From: Camelus dromedarius
Taxonomy: Eukaryota
Assembly (NCBI RefSeq): GCF_036321535.1
Contig: NC_087437.1
Coordinates: forward strand, 26,352,001 to 26,416,000
Direction: 5' to 3'
DNA length: 64,000 nt
Part shown: in pieces, positions 63,490-64,000 of the stretch
Numbering within the stretch: the first letter of the stretch is position 1
Layout of the letters: the number at the start of each line of letters is the position of its first letter
Notes under the pieces: generated by a model
Seen by the model: only the letters and a program-made list of their open reading frames with translations
The model's database searches: none
Told to the model about the DNA's origin: nothing
Translations under genes and position numbers: made by a program

Positions 63490-64000
63490 CCTTAAAAACA
63501 ACACTAAGAGAAAATTAACAAAATCAAGAATTGGTTCTTTGAAAAGATCAAAATTAGTAAACCTTTAGCTATATTTACTAAGGAAAAAGAAAGAAGACTC
63601 AGCTAAAACTGGTCATGAAAGAGGGAACATTACTACTGATGTTACAGAAATAAAGAGGATGATAAAAGAATACTACGAACAATGATAGAGTAAAAAAAAA
63701 TGGATAATCTAGATGTACTGGACAAGTGCCAAGAAGCACATAATCTACCAAGATTGATCATGAAGAAATAGAAAATTTCAATAGACCTATGACTAGAAAG
63801 AGATTCAATTGATAATCAAAAACCTTCTAAGAAAGAAAAGCTGATGAGTAGATTGCTTTATTGGCCAAGTGTACCAAATATTTAAAGAAGAATTAATACC
63901 AGTCCTTCTGAAATCTTCCAAAAAGTTGAAGAGGAGGGAACAATTACTAACTATTTCTGTAAGGTCACCTTTACCCTGATATCAAAGCCAGACAAACACA
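63490..64000 (+). mobile_element. L1 ORF2 fragment running off the window end
   Basis: aaaatcaagaattggttctttgaaaagatc...acagaaataaagaggatgataaaagaatactacgaacaa...taccctgatatcaaagccagac. Confidence 0.88.

Noticed and set aside
46283..64000. RNF13 coding exons
   Set aside because: No ORF or spliceable segment resembling a signal peptide, PA domain or RING-H2 was found; the region appears to be first intron only.
1..64000. Novel multi-gene, defence, CRISPR or retron-like system
   Set aside because: The window is explained by one spliced mammalian gene, one CpG promoter and common repeats; nothing supports such a system.

Overview
Mammalian genomic DNA, not prokaryotic, and most likely camelid: it carries several copies of a short tRNA-Ala-derived SINE resembling Vic-1, and I saw no Alu, B1, Bov-tA/BovB or PRE1 elements. 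The window holds the complete six-exon coding sequence of ANKUB1 on the minus strand (33282 to 4848). All introns are GT-AG with compatible phases, and the CDS is 1635 nt = 544 aa plus stop, encoding two ubiquitin-like domains and ankyrin repeats. About 12 kb upstream, in head-to-head orientation, is a CpG-island promoter with non-coding first exon(s) on the plus strand. I assign it to RNF13 from known synteny; no RNF13 coding exon is visible in the window. The rest is mostly ancient interspersed repeats (L1, L2, MIR, LTR/MaLR, hAT) and microsatellites. I found no convincing new biological system. The most notable structures are a diverged ~190-bp direct repeat bracketing ANKUB1 exon 3, an in-frame stop just past the exon 5 donor that allows a 502-aa isoform, RFX/forkhead motifs upstream of ANKUB1, and two candidate first exons, a uORF, an A38 tract and a G4 motif in the CpG island. 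Repeat family names and boundaries are from recognition by eye and are approximate.
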